From contig RHPI01000810.1 in NCBI GenBank assembly GCA_009103225.1, positions 806,001-870,000 on the forward strand: a DNA stretch of 64,000 nucleotides, written 5' to 3'. The DNA comes from Chlorokybus atmophyticus. Taxonomy: Eukaryota; Plantae; Mesostigma and Chlorokybus algae. Shown in pieces: positions 14,077 through 28,377 of the stretch. A program made the translations under genes and the position numbers. How positions within the stretch are numbered: position 1 is the stretch's first letter; the number at the start of each line of letters is the position of its first letter. The notes under the pieces were generated by a model. The model had not been told where the DNA came from. It did not search any database and worked only from the letters and a program-made list of their open reading frames with translations.

Positions 14077-16332
14077 ATGGCGATGCTGGCACGCCAGACC
14101 AGCCTGGCCAGGTCAACTAATGGCGGCAACGAGGTGGGGTCGACGTGGGAGTTGGCGTCCGCGCGCTCGACCTCGGTGGCGAGCACGCGCTACGGCGCGG
14201 ACCCTGCCAGCAGCAGACAGAACTTCAACGCCTCCATCGCGCATAGCAGGATAGCAGGGTACATCATGACCCGCAGTAATAACGTTATCATTATCATCTT
14301 CATCCCCACACAACCAGCATTGCCACCACCACCATTGTACATCAACCAGACCAAAAATGTGAAAGCACAGCACAACAATAACGGTTGCAGCAGCAGCAGC
14401 AGCAACAGCAGTAGCAGCAGCAATAATACAACAACAACAAACAAGAAACGCTTGGGAATCAAAAATGTCCTGGTTGTCGTAAAAGCACAATCAACCTGTT
14501 TGCGCATGGAACGCTGCAGCACCAAGGCGAAGGCGGCCAGCCAGATTGTGGACTCCAAATTCACCCTAGAGAAGGCCAAAGGTGAGACTCAGACTGCCAC
14601 ACCTTTGGAAGTCACTACAACTCACCACATACAACACTGACCATTGCTGCCATACTCATGCGCGGCTCATGATCACAGCCAAAGTGTGGAAGACTGTCCA
14701 GGACCCATCTCCAAAGTTCAAGAACTTTTACAACGTGAGTGCACAGAACAACAACCACAGCAACCCGTTGATGAGCCAAGACAAAGCAACAGTGATACAC
14801 AATGACAAACATAATGTGGGCAGTCCGGTGAGATGGACCGGCTCGTGATGGCATTGGTAGACTACTTTGCGGAGCTGTTCAGGGAGGAGGCCAACCAGAG
14901 GAGAAGGCAGCAGCAGCAGAAACTCCAGTAAGAAACAGCACAACAAAAACAAGTGCTTCTGTAACCAGTCAAGGTGTGAGGTGAAGTGATGCAACGTGCA
15001 GGGAGGAGCAGCAAGCTGCGGGATTGGGAGCAAGCTTACCACCTGGTGAACAGAGACTGTCATCGCAACCGTCCTTGGCTGCTGAGAGGAGACTGGCAGA
15101 CATCGCACCAATCTACGCCAGCATACTGCTACAGGAGGTGGTGCAGCTGCATTGTTGAACATTGCAGGATTAGGGGTCGAATTGCAGAAGCATGTGTAGC
15201 TTACTATTCCTGGACTGTGCAGAGTGATTATCGGCATACGCAGCAGGACAGGAACTTCTTTGAGGTCAGTAAGTGCATGCATGTACACATACACTGCATG
15301 CACACGCGTACCCATGGGACAGGCAACAACTTGCATGCTTTGTCTTGCAGGCGCTCTACACAGCGCTCGATTTGTTGCTGCATGAGGCGTTTGCTTCTCG
15401 AAGAAAAAACGCGGCCATTACCAACGAGCTGGTGAACACATAAAAACTAATGCATTGTTCAGCGTGACGCCAAGCTGTGGTGATCATACTGTATAGGCTC
15501 ACCCTTGCCTTGAGTGCAGGGACGAATACTACGAACGCCCGCGTTCAACTCATCACTGAGAAAGGAGAAAGCAGCGGCGGCAGCGGCGGAGGTAATGGCG
15601 TCTGCAGTGGGAGCCAAAGGCGGCACGCTCACTGCGCACGAGATGTGGGCTCTGAAACACGAAGCAGACAAGACGCTGAACTCGTGAGTACACTCAGCAC
15701 AAGCTTCAATCCTGTAAAGCAGTGAATTACTGTTGATGATGGTGATGGTGATAGTGATGGTGACGATGATGGTGATACACAGGCGTGTTTTGGCTGCGCT
15801 GTACACCAAGCACGAGCCCCTGAACACCCGCGCTAGCGCGCATGCGGTGTCACCGGTGCTTCAGCGCATGCTGGCGCCAGGATGCGCAACAAGCGTGAAG
15901 CGAACGACGGCTGCAGGGTGTGTACTTCTTGCTGCACGTACACATGCAGGGCGTGTCGAAGCAGGATCTGCGCACAAAATGAGCGTTTTATTGCAGGCGC
16001 GATGCCAAACTTCAGGACAGTAACAAAGCTGGCGCAAGCTTTTTCAGCAAGCTGCAGTTCCTCATGCAAGATGACAACAACAGGTACATGACATGTACAG
16101 GATCATGCATACACAAACAGTTCAAGCTGTAGCTTCAGTGAACTCAAGGCAAACAAACCTGTGACACAGTGTCAAGGACGGAGTGCTCGGGACAGCTCGT
16201 ACGTCTATGGGGCCATCGATTGCACCGTCGCAGTCCGTGTCACGAAGCAGCAGCTTCTACGCAGGGCATGAGAGCGCAAGGCAATCCGTTGCTGCCTCAG
16301 ACTCCAGACGGACTTCTCACGTCGTGATGTAA
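14077..16332 (+). CDS. PPP1R36-like protein (PP1 regulatory/inhibitor family), multi-exon; ends approximate
   Basis: Joined exons give MDRLVMALVDYFAELF and LADIAPIYASILLQE|SDYRHTQQDRNFFE|ALYTALDLLLHEAFASRRKNAAITNEL|GRILRTPAFN, which resembles the PPP1R36 'D..FFE.LY...I..E.GRLFR...FN' block. Confidence 0.7.
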
Positions 16333-16584
16333 ACAACCTGTACTCAAGTTGCACACGTTGTGAAGTGCTGCATCATGCCTGCATGGCGACAGCACATGAG
16401 TGTCAATCAGCATATCTCCCTGAGCGCAACAACCCAACCTGGTATGTACATAGTATAAGATAGATATTTTAACCATCCTTCGGGCAGTGACAACTGGCCT
16501 TGCTATCGCGCTAGGTGCAACAGCTTTTTCTATGCAACCCATTTAAGCTACAAGCAATTTTATCAACATCGCGCTCCCTATGTG

Positions 16585-18659
16585 TCATTCATCATTCTCA
16601 CGCGAGCGCTCCAAGGCCTCCTGCAAACAGCACAAACGTCAGTATCATGAATACATTGAGGAACAACACAATGCAGCACAGTTGAGCAATACACACTCGC
16701 AAGTACTCTTGTGTGGTCGCAAGCCTGCATAACAACACAACCTAGACCAGGTCTAGGCTCGTACCTTGACAAACAAGGTCATGAAAGCGAGGGACGAAAG
16801 AATGACACTTGCGGAGAAAGCTGCTTGCGTCTGGTACTCCTTGTAAGCAGATTCGACATACAGCGTAAGCGTCTGAGTTTGGCCTATGATGTTGCCGGAG
16901 ATGACGGAAACAGCTCCAAACTCGCCTACAGCTCGTGCATTCGTCAAAATGATGCCATACATGAGCCCATACCTGCCGGCAACCAAGGTTTGGGTACATG
17001 TGATAACTACAGAACACAACTGACGCTGCACGCATAAGCTTACTTGATGTTTGGCAGTGTCACATGCCAGAAAACCTCCCAGTCGTTTGCACCCATGGTG
17101 CGTGCAGCCTCTTCCTCCCACTGTAGTATGGGTGTGTCATGTCAACGAGTTATCTTGCCATCATGCCAGTGAGGGTGGCATACCTGCTCTGTGCTTTCCA
17201 AAATGGGGATGAGCTCTCTTGCGACGAACGGCAGCGTCACAAAGGCTGTCGCCAACACCATCCCCGGCAGCGCGAACACGATGTCAATGTCGGTGGCCCG
17301 CAGCAGAGGCGCAAACCAGCCTCGGCGGCCATACAGCAGTACCAACATGAGGCCTGAGGACCATCATGGAGGTTAGCAAGTCCTGTAACCACTTGTAATC
17401 ACTGCATACGTTGCCTCTCTGTATATAACGCAATATATGGTTCAATTGCGCGCCCACGCGAGAGTACGTTTTCAGTTGACATACCTGTAACAACAGGTGA
17501 GATGCTGAATGGCAGGTCTAATAGGCTGAGAATCAGAACCTACAGAAGAGATTTCAACGCACGCGCATCAGCACAGCGCTAGTGGCAAATGGTGTGATGC
17601 TGTTTGATGAGACAGCCCAGGACGCGCAACAAGCAAGAGAAGCAGCACACCTTGCCAGGAAAGTCTTTGCGTGCAATGGACAGTGCAGCAGTAATACCAA
17701 AAATAGTATTCAGGGGTACGCAGATAGCTGCCAAGATTAGCGTCATCTGCACCGCATGCAGGAAGTCTGGATCTGTAAGGTTATGCAAAAATGGGCCCAC
17801 GCCGCCAGAAAACGCCTGCATATATGTTTTGGTTAGATCTTTCGTCTTGACTGCAATGCTGACAACTGACGCTTGCAGATATACCTGTACAAACACGTTC
17901 ACGGTTGGGACGAGCAGCACCAATGCCATGTAGCCCAACGCCGTCGTCAGAAGCAGTATTTGTCCCGGGGTCTTCACCTACCACCATCCAACACGGCGAT
18001 CACTACCACAACAACTGCATTACATGCCGCTCGCATTGAGCATGCAGCAAGCTTGAGTGCCGCAGCTCGCGCTGCTCTTCTCATCACTTGTCCTGTTCGA
18101 CTACATGCCTGTCGACACATTGCAGATACATACAAGGCGCAAACACCACTCAATCCACAACGTTAGACAGACGCGTGTGATGTTGACGCTGTGGCACAGC
18201 GCCGTTGCATGCGATGGAACATGAACCTCAGCCTCAGGGTACGCATTGGGTAAGTGCACGGCCTCGGCTAAAGTAAGAGATCATGAAATGCTAGTTACCC
18301 TCCAAGCTCAGTTCTTATACAACCTGATGTTCGCTTACTTCAATGCCAGCTTTGGACTTCTTGCCAACGCCTCCACCTGCAGGTCCCCCAGCGCGGATAG
18401 GCACCAGCATCCATCGTCGTTGCTGCTGTTGCTGCACGGGCACTGGCAAGCGCAGAGGCAGCCAAGCAGCCCTGCGCAGAGTGCCATTGGCAATCAGGCG
18501 GGAAGCAGCAGCTACCCTGCAGGCTGCAGGAAGGCGAGGCCTGGATCTCCGGCCGGAGGCCAATTGCGGCAATGCCTCTGCAGCTGTGCGTGTGGCTCTT
18601 CTACATGCAGCCACGGGCACCACGACCGCCACGGCACATCCCGCACCCGCGCCATACAT
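16585..18659 (-). CDS. SULP2: Chloroplast sulfate ABC transporter permease SULP2 (CysW-like) with transit peptide
   Basis: Ala/Arg-rich first exon [13 protein letters not shown]...KKSKAGIE, then [38 protein letters not shown]...[66 protein letters not shown] (CysW signature). Confidence 0.9.
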
Positions 18660-18786
18660 GCCACCGCCACCGCCGCTGCCGCCAACACCGCCACCAAGCT
18701 TGTGACTGGAAACTCTGGCTATTGGCATAAATAAAGCTGTTGTCTGTTGGCATGCAGGCGGCGGCGGCGGTGGTGGTGGTGGCGGG

Positions 18787-20254
18787 ATGGCCGGCGAGGG
18801 CGGTGCTGGCAGCAGTGGGGCAAGCTTTGGTGGAGGAGGCCTAGCCAATGGCGAAGGCCCTGGCAGCTTATTTGCAGGCGGCGAGAGCAGCTGGGCAGGC
18901 GACCACGGAGCCAGTGGCAGCAACTCGGCCATTGCCAGCAGCTTCAACGACGACGACGCCGACGCCGGCACGTCGTCGTCCTTGAACTTGGACGCTGCCG
19001 CCTCCGCACCGGTAACGCTTGCGAAGGAAGCGTTATCGCTGTTCAAGAGCAAGAAGTTCTCGGAGTCGCTGGCTGTGTTGGAGGAGATCCGCAAAAAGAA
19101 GGATGATGATCCTAAGGTGCGTTCAGTCTGTCTCTAGATCAGCTTGAGACCGAATCAAGTACCCTCGCATCAGTTGAGTTGTTATGCTAAGTCAAAAGGC
19201 CAACCGTGGTAAATAGCACGCATGTGCTTGCCAATGTGTTGCATGCTGCATGGCGTGCTGCTTTCAATTGTGCTCATAGGGTCCTTGCACTTGTTGTTGC
19301 GCCATTACAGCTTGCACACACACTTTGATTTCTAGCATTTCTCGCAATGCTCCCTTCCCTTTTTGTTGCATTCTTGTTCAATTCAACATCACCTCATGAA
19401 ATCAGGTGCTACATAACATCGCTGTTGTTGAGTACTACCAAGGCGGGTGTACAGAGCCAAAGTTACTGCTAGAGGCGCTGGAGCGGGTTAAGGTTGGTGG
19501 CCAAACTAATTGGTGTGTCAGCCAATGCACAGCTGACAAGATGCACGCACAAAGAGAGGCCTGTACATTGCTGTATCTTGGTCACTGTTGCATGTGCTTG
19601 TCGTAATGCATTGCAAACGCATAACTTGCAGGGCAAAAGCGAGGAGTTGGCACGGACGGCAGAGCAGCAGCTGGAAGGCCTAAGTGCTCCCTCATCATCA
19701 GGTCCGAGTACAGCCTTGACTCTAAGCTTAGGCAGCACTTCTCCTCCAGCGTCACCCAGAGGTTCTACAAGCCAGGCAGTAGCAGCAGAGAGTATCGACA
19801 GTGCCAGTGGCTCAGCAAGCAAGGAGCCACCATGGGGCACTGCTTACATGGAGGAGTACGACACGTCTTTGCCTACATTGAACAAGGTATGAAGCATTGG
19901 GCAGTATGAAAAGTGCTGTTAGGTCTTGCTGCAACTAACAACAATGTTGTTGCAGGCGATTATTCTGTACCACATGCAGCAGTACGCTGCTGCTGCTGCA
20001 GAGTTGGAGCCGTTGTATCGCAATATTGAGCCAATTGATGAGGTTGGCCTTGCAGACTCAGCACACCAGTTCATTCTTTGCCATGGGCGGTGCGGGCTTT
20101 ACTAACTACTGCTTGTCGCTGGCAAGCACAGGCTGCAGCTCTGCGCGTGTGCTTGCTGCTATTGGACATATTTCTTGCTGCCCGGCTACCAGATAAGGCT
20201 GTGGTATGTCGCATATGCATGTTCTTGAGCACGAAGCATCCTCATTGTCAAGAC

Positions 20255-20289
<35 letters not shown>

Positions 20290-22726
20290 NNNNNNNNNNN
20301 NNNNNNNNNNNNNNNNNNNNNNNNNNNNNNNNNNNNNNNNNNNNNNNNNNNNNNNNNNGCATCCTCATTGTCAAGCCCCCCCCCCCCCCCTCCCCCCAAC
20401 ACGCGCGCGCGCGCGTCTTCCCCCCTATTGACTTTATGGAACACGTTTGCGTGAATGCTCTACAGGGTGTCCTTGACTACGTTGAGAAGGCGTTTGGCTA
20501 TCTGCTAACATCAGGGGAGTCAGCAGATGCGTCTTTGCACACGCAGCAGCCACAGGCCCTCCTTCCTGCAGCTGCAGGCGCTAGCAACTCCAACATTCTG
20601 GATGGTGCTGAGCTATCTCTAGATGCAGTGGAAGCTCTTGAAGGCGAGTCCTATACTGGGGTGGGCGTCATAAACAGGACCACAGCCTCCGCACCGCTGC
20701 CAAGTAAGAATGTCGCAGATCCTGAAGTGCATTGTACTAAGGATACCGGTGGGTCCGCTGATGGTTGCTTGTCAACTGTGCCCTGTGCGCGTTGCACAGA
20801 CATAGATGTTGGCGCCCCCTTGCACTTGTTGATAGGGTGTATGCCAGGTGCTTCTCCATGGCCGGCATCTGTGGACAAGTCAGTACTTGCAATTTCTGCG
20901 GACTTCAAGCTTTGGCTGCATCTGCACAAAGCGAGGCTGCAGCTGTTGACACGCAACACAAAAGGCACAAAGAAAGAAGTCAAGAGCGCACTCAGCGTAT
21001 CCCGAGAGAACAGCCAAGCGCTGTTTCTCAAGGCGCACCTCGAGTACTCACGCCGCAACTTCCGCAAGGTAATTGATTGTTAATCGTCCGTTTGTGCCCA
21101 TGCACGTCAATGCACGCTAAACGCAAGCATGCCATGCTTGCTGGAACCTCAAAGTTTACATGGCGTTGTATCAACGCCTTTTTGTAGATACATGCTAGGT
21201 GCTTGAAGTTGTTACTTATAGTTTGTGTGCAGGCAATGAAACTGCACACTGCTTTCACTGGCAGTACAGATATGTCTCTGGCACCCTTATTCTACAACAA
21301 CATGGGCTGCATTCACCACCACCTGGGGAAGCATGCGACAGCGGCGATCTACTTCTCGCGTGCATTCAACGCAGCTACAGCAAACTTGAAGCAACCACTT
21401 ACAGTGCCTGCTTTCTCCAAAGACAAGCGGCTGCACATTGCATACCATGCTGGCATACAACAGCTGCTGCTGGGCAATTATACCGCAGCGCTTGCTCTGT
21501 TTCAGCAGGCTACCGCACTGTACCATACCAGACCGTACCTGTGGCTTAGACTAGCAGAGTGCTGCGTGCAAGCATATGCAACGGGCCAAGCGGCACGTTT
21601 CAGTCATGAGACAGGCACGCACCGAAAACCAACATCCAAGTCCGTCATTGCTGGGAGTCTTGGCACAGGCAAACTGCGGCAGCTGGTGTTGCCCACAGGC
21701 AGGACTGCTTCAGCTGTTGCCAGCGATGAGCCTCCTTCAGGTGTCTCCAACGGGTTTGACAGCAAGCGAGGCGAGTTGTCGCTGGACTACGCTGCAATTT
21801 GTCTGCGCAATGCGGCGCATCTGATCAATCGCTTGGATGCCACCAGCGCATCAGCAGTAGACAAGCCTTCTGTGACATTGGCTGCCACATTGCGGGCCGA
21901 TGCACTGAGCAAGCAACTGCCTGCAAGTGCAGAAGTGCGCCGAAGCATTTCTGGAGGTTCAACTGCAAGCAATGCTGAAACTGCAGTCTTGCGACCGGCC
22001 ATGCTGGATGGAAGCAAGGAAGCAAGCAGCACGAGCATCGGCAGTACTAGCAGCATGTCGTCCATGTTGGCTTCATTTGCGGAAGAGCGCAAGCGCCAGC
22101 TGCAGCAGCTGAAGCATGTGGTTTTGGCATACCAAGCGTACGTCGCCCTTTCGCAGGGAGATATGGTGTCAGCGCTCGCTGCTTGTCAGGCGTTGTTGTC
22201 TTCTAGCAACTGCAGTCGATCAAACCTTTTCCTGGCCAGAAACTATGCGGCGGAAGCTCTCTGCATGCTGGACAGAGTCAAAGAGGCCGCAGAGCACCTG
22301 AGCCTAGCTATGGCCGACCAAGCTGCTGTAGACAAAGCTGCAGCTGGCAAACGATTAGCAAGCACGACAGGGTTGGAATTGGACTCGGTCACCATCAACG
22401 CCTCCGATGAGCCCCTTGACTTGAGCAGCCCGTCTCTGCGAGCCACGCTGTACACCAACATGGCTGCTGCTTGCGCCATGCAAGAAGACCTTCAGCAGGC
22501 CTTCCAGTACGCGATGCACGCCTTCACTCTCGCACCCACCTCGTCCAACCTGTTGGCATTGGTGTACGTGGAGCTGCGACGAGGACACACGGAGTCCGCG
22601 CTCTCGCTGCTAAAGAAACAACGACCGATACCCTCTCCGCAGCCTGTGCCAGCAAGCACACCGGTCCTACATGCCCCGCCACCATGGAACAGTGTGCTGC
22701 CTGCCGCCCAGCTAGCTGTGCGATAG
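18787..22726 (+). CDS. CNOT10: CCR4-NOT complex subunit 10 (CNOT10), TPR-rich, multi-exon, with an N gap in an intron
   Basis: LAKEALSLFKSKKFSESL..KDDDPKV|LHNIAVVEYY; ALFLKAHLEYSRRNFRK; FYNNMGCIHHHLGKH; YHAGIQQLLLG...RPYLWLRLAECC; LARNYAAEALCMLDR. Confidence 0.9.
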
Positions 22727-23373
22727 CATTCAAAAATTGTTCATTCGTGTGTGCGCGCTCGTACACCGCACCTGTCAATTGCACAAGGCATGCGTTGGGC
22801 AAATGATCAGGTTAGCCAGACTGCGCTACCTTTCTCTTATGCAATGCTGCATTGCTGTAAGTTATGGGTGTTGAAGAGTTTGCTGCGCACGCAATCCTAA
22901 AGCGCAATACCAGACCCTGACAATCAACATGCTGTGCATCTGCCGTACGCGAACTGCGCCTGGCATTGCCCTGCTCTATCGGTACCTGCATGCATGCACA
23001 CACGGCACCATACCTCTTATACACGCTGCACTTGTCTGTCAGGACAGACACTACAACAAAGAAAAACACAGTAAAACAGGACAACAGCAACTGCTGCTGC
23101 ATTTAGAAAACACGCCTTGTCCCATATGCATGGCTTCTGCAAACGCGTCATTACACACAAGCACACCAACGAGATGCAGATTTTTCTTTAGTACATTACA
23201 CTAGAACTTCATCATCAGGCTGAATGACAACTATGGTATGTGAGCTGTCAACTGACTTTCTGTAGTTGGTGACACGACCAATATACACACAGAAGCATAC
23301 CTGGGACTAGACCTCATAGCAACATGGTACCCAAACAAAACTCAACAAGCAGCTATACAAAGCAACCACACTT

Positions 23374-26300
23374 TTATCTAGGGGACGACGAGATTGAGCG
23401 CACAGCTGGCACAATCTCCTCAAGGCTGCTGACTTGCAGCATGTCATAGAGTTGAGTGGCCATCTTATGGTATCTTGGTAATGACGTCTCAAGCCGCTTC
23501 ATTTTCGCCAACAGCCGCTGCGCATGCGGGATTAACTGGCTCTCATCTGTCAGTCCAAACAGCTTCATCAACTCCCTTTGTGTGTTGTCACTTGCTTCAC
23601 CCTCGACTCTCTCCGCTTTGGGTGGCAGTTGCTTGTCATCAGATTGTAATTGCTCAGCCTTGATACTAGTGCGGTAATCAGCGTGTAAGTCGTTGAAGTC
23701 TTTTGTCTTCTCATCCAGAAGGGTGCGAATGCGGCTAAGGCACGCGTTGGGGCCCGCTTTAGCATCGAGCCCCAGCAGCGAGCGCAGTGCTCTCATGAAG
23801 TTGGTGGCTTCGGCATTGGAAGTGTACACGGTGTTGATGCGCGCAAACACGCCCTCCAGTGAAGGCACCCCGAATAGGTTCATAAAGTGGAGCACCATCT
23901 TGTTTACAAGGGCTTCAGGCTCGTCGCGCAAACACGCCTTTGCCCGATCATAGCTCGCGGCCTGCGTTAGATAACTCTGTTCCGTGTCAACGAGCTGGCG
24001 CACGGCTTCGGCAGCTTGCGCATGCGAGTACACAACTCTCTCATTGCTCTTGTTTAGCACCCGCTTGGACAACTCCATGCTGATGACACTGTGGAAGTCC
24101 CGAAGCTCCCGCAACTGAGCCAACTGATTCAACCACCCTTTCAACACTCGCGGCGCCTCTGCAGGCTCCACATTCATCGCTTTGCTGTACTGATGCCCTT
24201 CTTCAAACACAACCTGCATGACACATGCAAGCAGGGGCAGTGTTGGGTTGAGACATCGCATAGCAACAATGGTTGCAGGCTGGCGAAGTTTGCAACTCGA
24301 TGATGTGAATGCGTTTAACAGCTACCTGACACACGTCACCGATGAACTTCTCCATGCGAGGTACTGCGGCCATCACGCGCAGCAGCTTTGCTACGGCGGC
24401 ATTGAGGTGGAAGACGTCGTGGAGCTCGAGCAGGCGACAAGCATCCTGCCACACGCAACACATGCGGCACTATCAGACATGCTGTGTGCACCCGCCCATG
24501 CATGCCTCTGACAACATTGCCACATTCTGCACTCCAACTTTCTGTTGCCACATGTGCGTGCAGATGCCAACCCAGGCTCATACAGCAGCAACCCTGCCAG
24601 CTGTATGAGCCCAGCATGCAGATGCTCACACAAGTGTGTACGACACGGCATGCCCACAAAGCGCTTGTGACAGTTGCGACAGTTGCACACACTCACCTGT
24701 AGGAGGTCAACGCACACGTCATGCGGGAGGTGTTCAATCTTCCACAGCTGCAAACGATGCACATCTCGGTCTCGCCGGATGCGATCACTTGTCGTCAGCG
24801 GCTCGCGCGCAGCTGCCTTCACCTTGACTGCAGCTTTATCCTCCTCCACGCCTTCATGATCTCCATCAACAGCATGGTTACCATTGCCATCGGCAGCCGT
24901 CGCAAGAACCTGCATGACAATGAGGTTGATAGCTGCACATGGCACATACACACGTGCTGATGCGTGCTGGTGTGTATGTGTGCTGGGGGGGGTACACACC
25001 CACAATGCACGCACCGCAGCTAGTTTCTTCTCAAGGCGCTGAGCGCGGGCGTTGGCTTGGCACAAGTCCTGAACCGTAGGGCGAGCGTGCAGCTCCATGA
25101 CGAGGTTGGCATTTTCCTGAGTCGTCGTGGTGAGTGGCACGAACTTGCCTACAACCAATGCATGCTGTTGTGCTCATGCAAGTGGAATTGTCACCTCAGC
25201 AAGATGCGCAGCACGTCGTTCGCACGCTGCTACGCGACGCTCGCGCTCTGACTCGTGCTCGGCTGCTCTGGCTTCGTACTTCGCAATCTTTGCGTTCTAC
25301 ACATGGAGTGCAATCGACCACGATTAGACAGCAGCACGCTCGCACGCACGCACGCACGCGCGCGCTGTGTAGGTACCTTTGCTCGTGCCTCAGCCTCCGC
25401 CTTCTCCAACCGCTCAAAGATGGCTTTGTCCTGCCTTGCTAGCCAGCCGCCTGCCCCGACATGCAGCGAGTTCGCGCACTGTTGTGTGTGAGTCCAACAA
25501 AACACATACACACCACATACCTGAAGACAGGTCTTTGCGTAGCGAGTCATTTTCTCGTCGCCTCAACTCCTCACTCAAGCCCGACACTTCCTTTCTCAAT
25601 GACGCAATCTCGGCCGCAGTGGACTCCCGCTGTGCCTCATATATAGAGACCTGTGATGGACTTGTGTTTGGAAACAAACAACTAAAAGCTTGCACAGCCT
25701 CAGCACAACTCCACATTGTGGATCACCAGCTCGGGGGCTCGAGGGACGCGCATGCCCTCTTTGGACAAGTCCTTCTTCAGCTGATTGAGGGTCTTCTCGT
25801 CTTGTGCACGCCGTCTTTCTTCCTGCCGTGAGCCCCTCAACATGTGCCCACAAACCGCAACTGCATGCAAACACGCATGCACGCACGTCAACACCGTGTT
25901 CCCATGCAATAAGATATCTACCTTCTGAACAGCTTCCTGCAGCACATTCCTCATTTTCTCCACTTCCTTCTCCTTGGCTTTGAGAGTGTGTTCCAGCTGG
26001 CGGCAACGCTGCTGGGAGTCACCCAACGCACCCTCAAGCCTCTTGATGGACTCAACTGCCGCGCGCTCAGTCTGCTCCCTTCACAACGCAAGAAAAGGGT
26101 GAATGTGATTACACAAAAGCATAGTGTGCATGTGGCCACACATGCAAGGGCTGACCTGCCCCTCTTCTCCTCCTCGAGCGCATTCTTCACGCCCGCAAGA
26201 TCTTTCTGTGCTTGCACCCGTTCACCATCCAACCTCGCCAGCTCGCTCTCCATGCGGTTCGCTTGTCCCTTGGCTAGTTCTATACTCGCAAGCAGTTCCT

Positions 26301-27362
26301 GTTAAAGAAAGCAGCAGATGTGATGACATGTAACGACATTATCATTATATGCCGGTGATGTGTGCTCACGAAACTGTGCAACACGAGTACCTGTACAAGT
26401 TGACCGCGGCGTGCGTATTGGTGTAACACATCCGCAAAGGTGGCTGACATTACAGCAAGCTGTTCCGATGTTGTTGATACATTGTCAATGTCAGGGAAGC
26501 CCGCATCGCGCAAGGCCCGATTGAGGGATGACAAGTCTGGGATATCACCACCAGCGCCAGCTGTCGATGCCACTGGTGCATTATGCACCTTGTCACTTGT
26601 GACATCATTGCCGGGCTGAGCTTCGGGACTGTTCGGGACAGTAGCTGCCTCTTTATCCGTCTCACAACTTATTTCAGCGGCTTCATGCAACATGTTGACG
26701 GAGATGTTGGCCTCATCAGCAGCATTGTTGCTGGCCTCATCCTCTCTGCTGCTAGAAACTTCTTCATCACCCGCGTGCTTCTCATTGGCAATGCTGGCCG
26801 CATACTCATCATGTGCAATGTTGGCCTCTTCTTCTCCACTGCTGGCCACTTCTTCTCCGCTCCCCGCGTGCAAGTGGTACTTCTCGCTGAGGTTCCGTAT
26901 GAACGCACCGTAGTCGTGCATGAACGAGCTCGAGAGTGCCTGAGCGGCTTCGCCCTCGTGCGCGACATGTTGTGGCAATGTTGTGGTTGTTGTGGTTGTT
27001 TGTGTTGTGGTTGGGGACTGCGAGCTCGGGTGGTGAGTGCTGGAAGTTGTTGTTGGGTCGTCGTGAAACTGTGCCAGTGGTGCAGCCTGTTGAAGGCCAA
27101 ATCAGCTATTGCAAACGTGTATACCGGTCAGGCGTGTTCATAGGTTACAGTACCAAAGGTGTGGTTTGTATGGTTATCTGCTATGCAAGCATGAAGAAAC
27201 ATACACGGATGCATACCTGCGCGGGAGTACGCAATGCTTGCTGAAGCGTGTGCAAAGATGCACGAAGCGCGCTGAGCTCCGCCTCTATCCAGCGTGTACC
27301 CTAGCAGCAAACAAAGACCATCCTGCCTCTCTGTCCGCAAGCATGCGCGTACGCATGCATAC

Positions 27363-27412
<50 letters not shown>

Positions 27413-27573
27413 CCGCGTGCGTGTGAGAGAGTGTGAGCTAGTGTCCGTGTGCTTACACGCACACACTTGCATGCATGTGCATACGCGTGCGTGCGTGGGT
27501 GGGTGGGGGGGATGCTGTTTGCGAGTCTTACTTGCGGGTCGGATGTTGAAGATGATGACTCGGACATCGTCAT
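23374..27573 (-). CDS. CEP70: Centrosomal coiled-coil protein CEP70-like, multi-exon; start approximate
   Basis: Long coiled-coil exons; LTTSDRIRRDRDVHRLQL; C-terminal LHFMNLFGVPSLEGVFARINTVYTSNAEATNFMRALRSLLGL resembles the CEP70 'HF..LF.V.SL.GV..RMN.VY' motif. Confidence 0.72.
27363..27412. repeat. (GCGT)n microsatellite in a CEP70-like intron
   Basis: Directly visible tetranucleotide run. Confidence 0.9.
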
Positions 27574-28377
27574 GTCGGTGCGCACCACTGCTCTTGACCT
27601 GGTGTTGACCGTTTTCACTATATGAGCAGTACTGCTCTGTTCAATGCTGCAGATGGCTTGGCCACAAACACCACCAAGTTTATCACACAGTTCAGCTCAA
27701 CTTAGTCAGCAGTGCTGTTTTGCAACTACAGGATGATTGTCAACGCGCCCACACAACACACACAGGCTGACACGCTGAGTTATAGGCAAGCCTAGCTTGG
27801 CAGCAATACACATTCAATTGTAAATCAGTGGGAATACTACTTTCCTCCAATGTTTGTATGTGGCTTGCTCAAATTGAGAGGAGGCGTCCTCCGCAATGTG
27901 ATGACTACAACTGAAAACGCAGACGCAATGAGGAGAGACTTACCCTCTTGCTTCGCCCTCCTCACCGTTCCCGTCCTGTCCTGTTTTCTCCTCCGTCGTT
28001 GTCTAGTGTGATAGCCCAGAAGGAAGGCTTGATGGTGAGCCATGCTGATGCCCCCAAGCAAGCCCCTCCATACAACCATAACAAAGCCCAAAGCCTGCAC
28101 GTTACGAGACCTACCTACCTACCTCAGCTGTCAACGTGTCCTCGTCCTCCTGCGCGTCGTCGTCGTCCTCACCGTCCCGCTCCATCGCCTCCTGCTCCGC
28201 CGCCGTCGCGGCAAGCTCACCAGGCGAAAAGCGCGGGAACGAGGAGTCCTGGTTGGGGTTGGGGCGGCAAGCAAGGAGCGGGTTTGGGACCGGGACGGCG
28301 GCGGCAGCGGAGGAAGCGGAGCAGGACGACAAACAGGAGTAGAAGCAGCACACAGGCGCCAGAAGGAGAGGGGAGGG

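Noticed and set aside
18315-19094. 259-aa minus-strand ORF
   Set aside because: Its 3' part is the real SULP2 first exon; the 5' part is antisense read-through of the GC-rich CNOT10 exon 1.
20238-20392. Duplicated gcatcctcattgtcaag + poly-C on both sides of an N gap; similar poly-C/G next to gaps at ~39976 and ~44160-44250
   Set aside because: Best explained as sequencing or assembly dropout at homopolymers, not biology.
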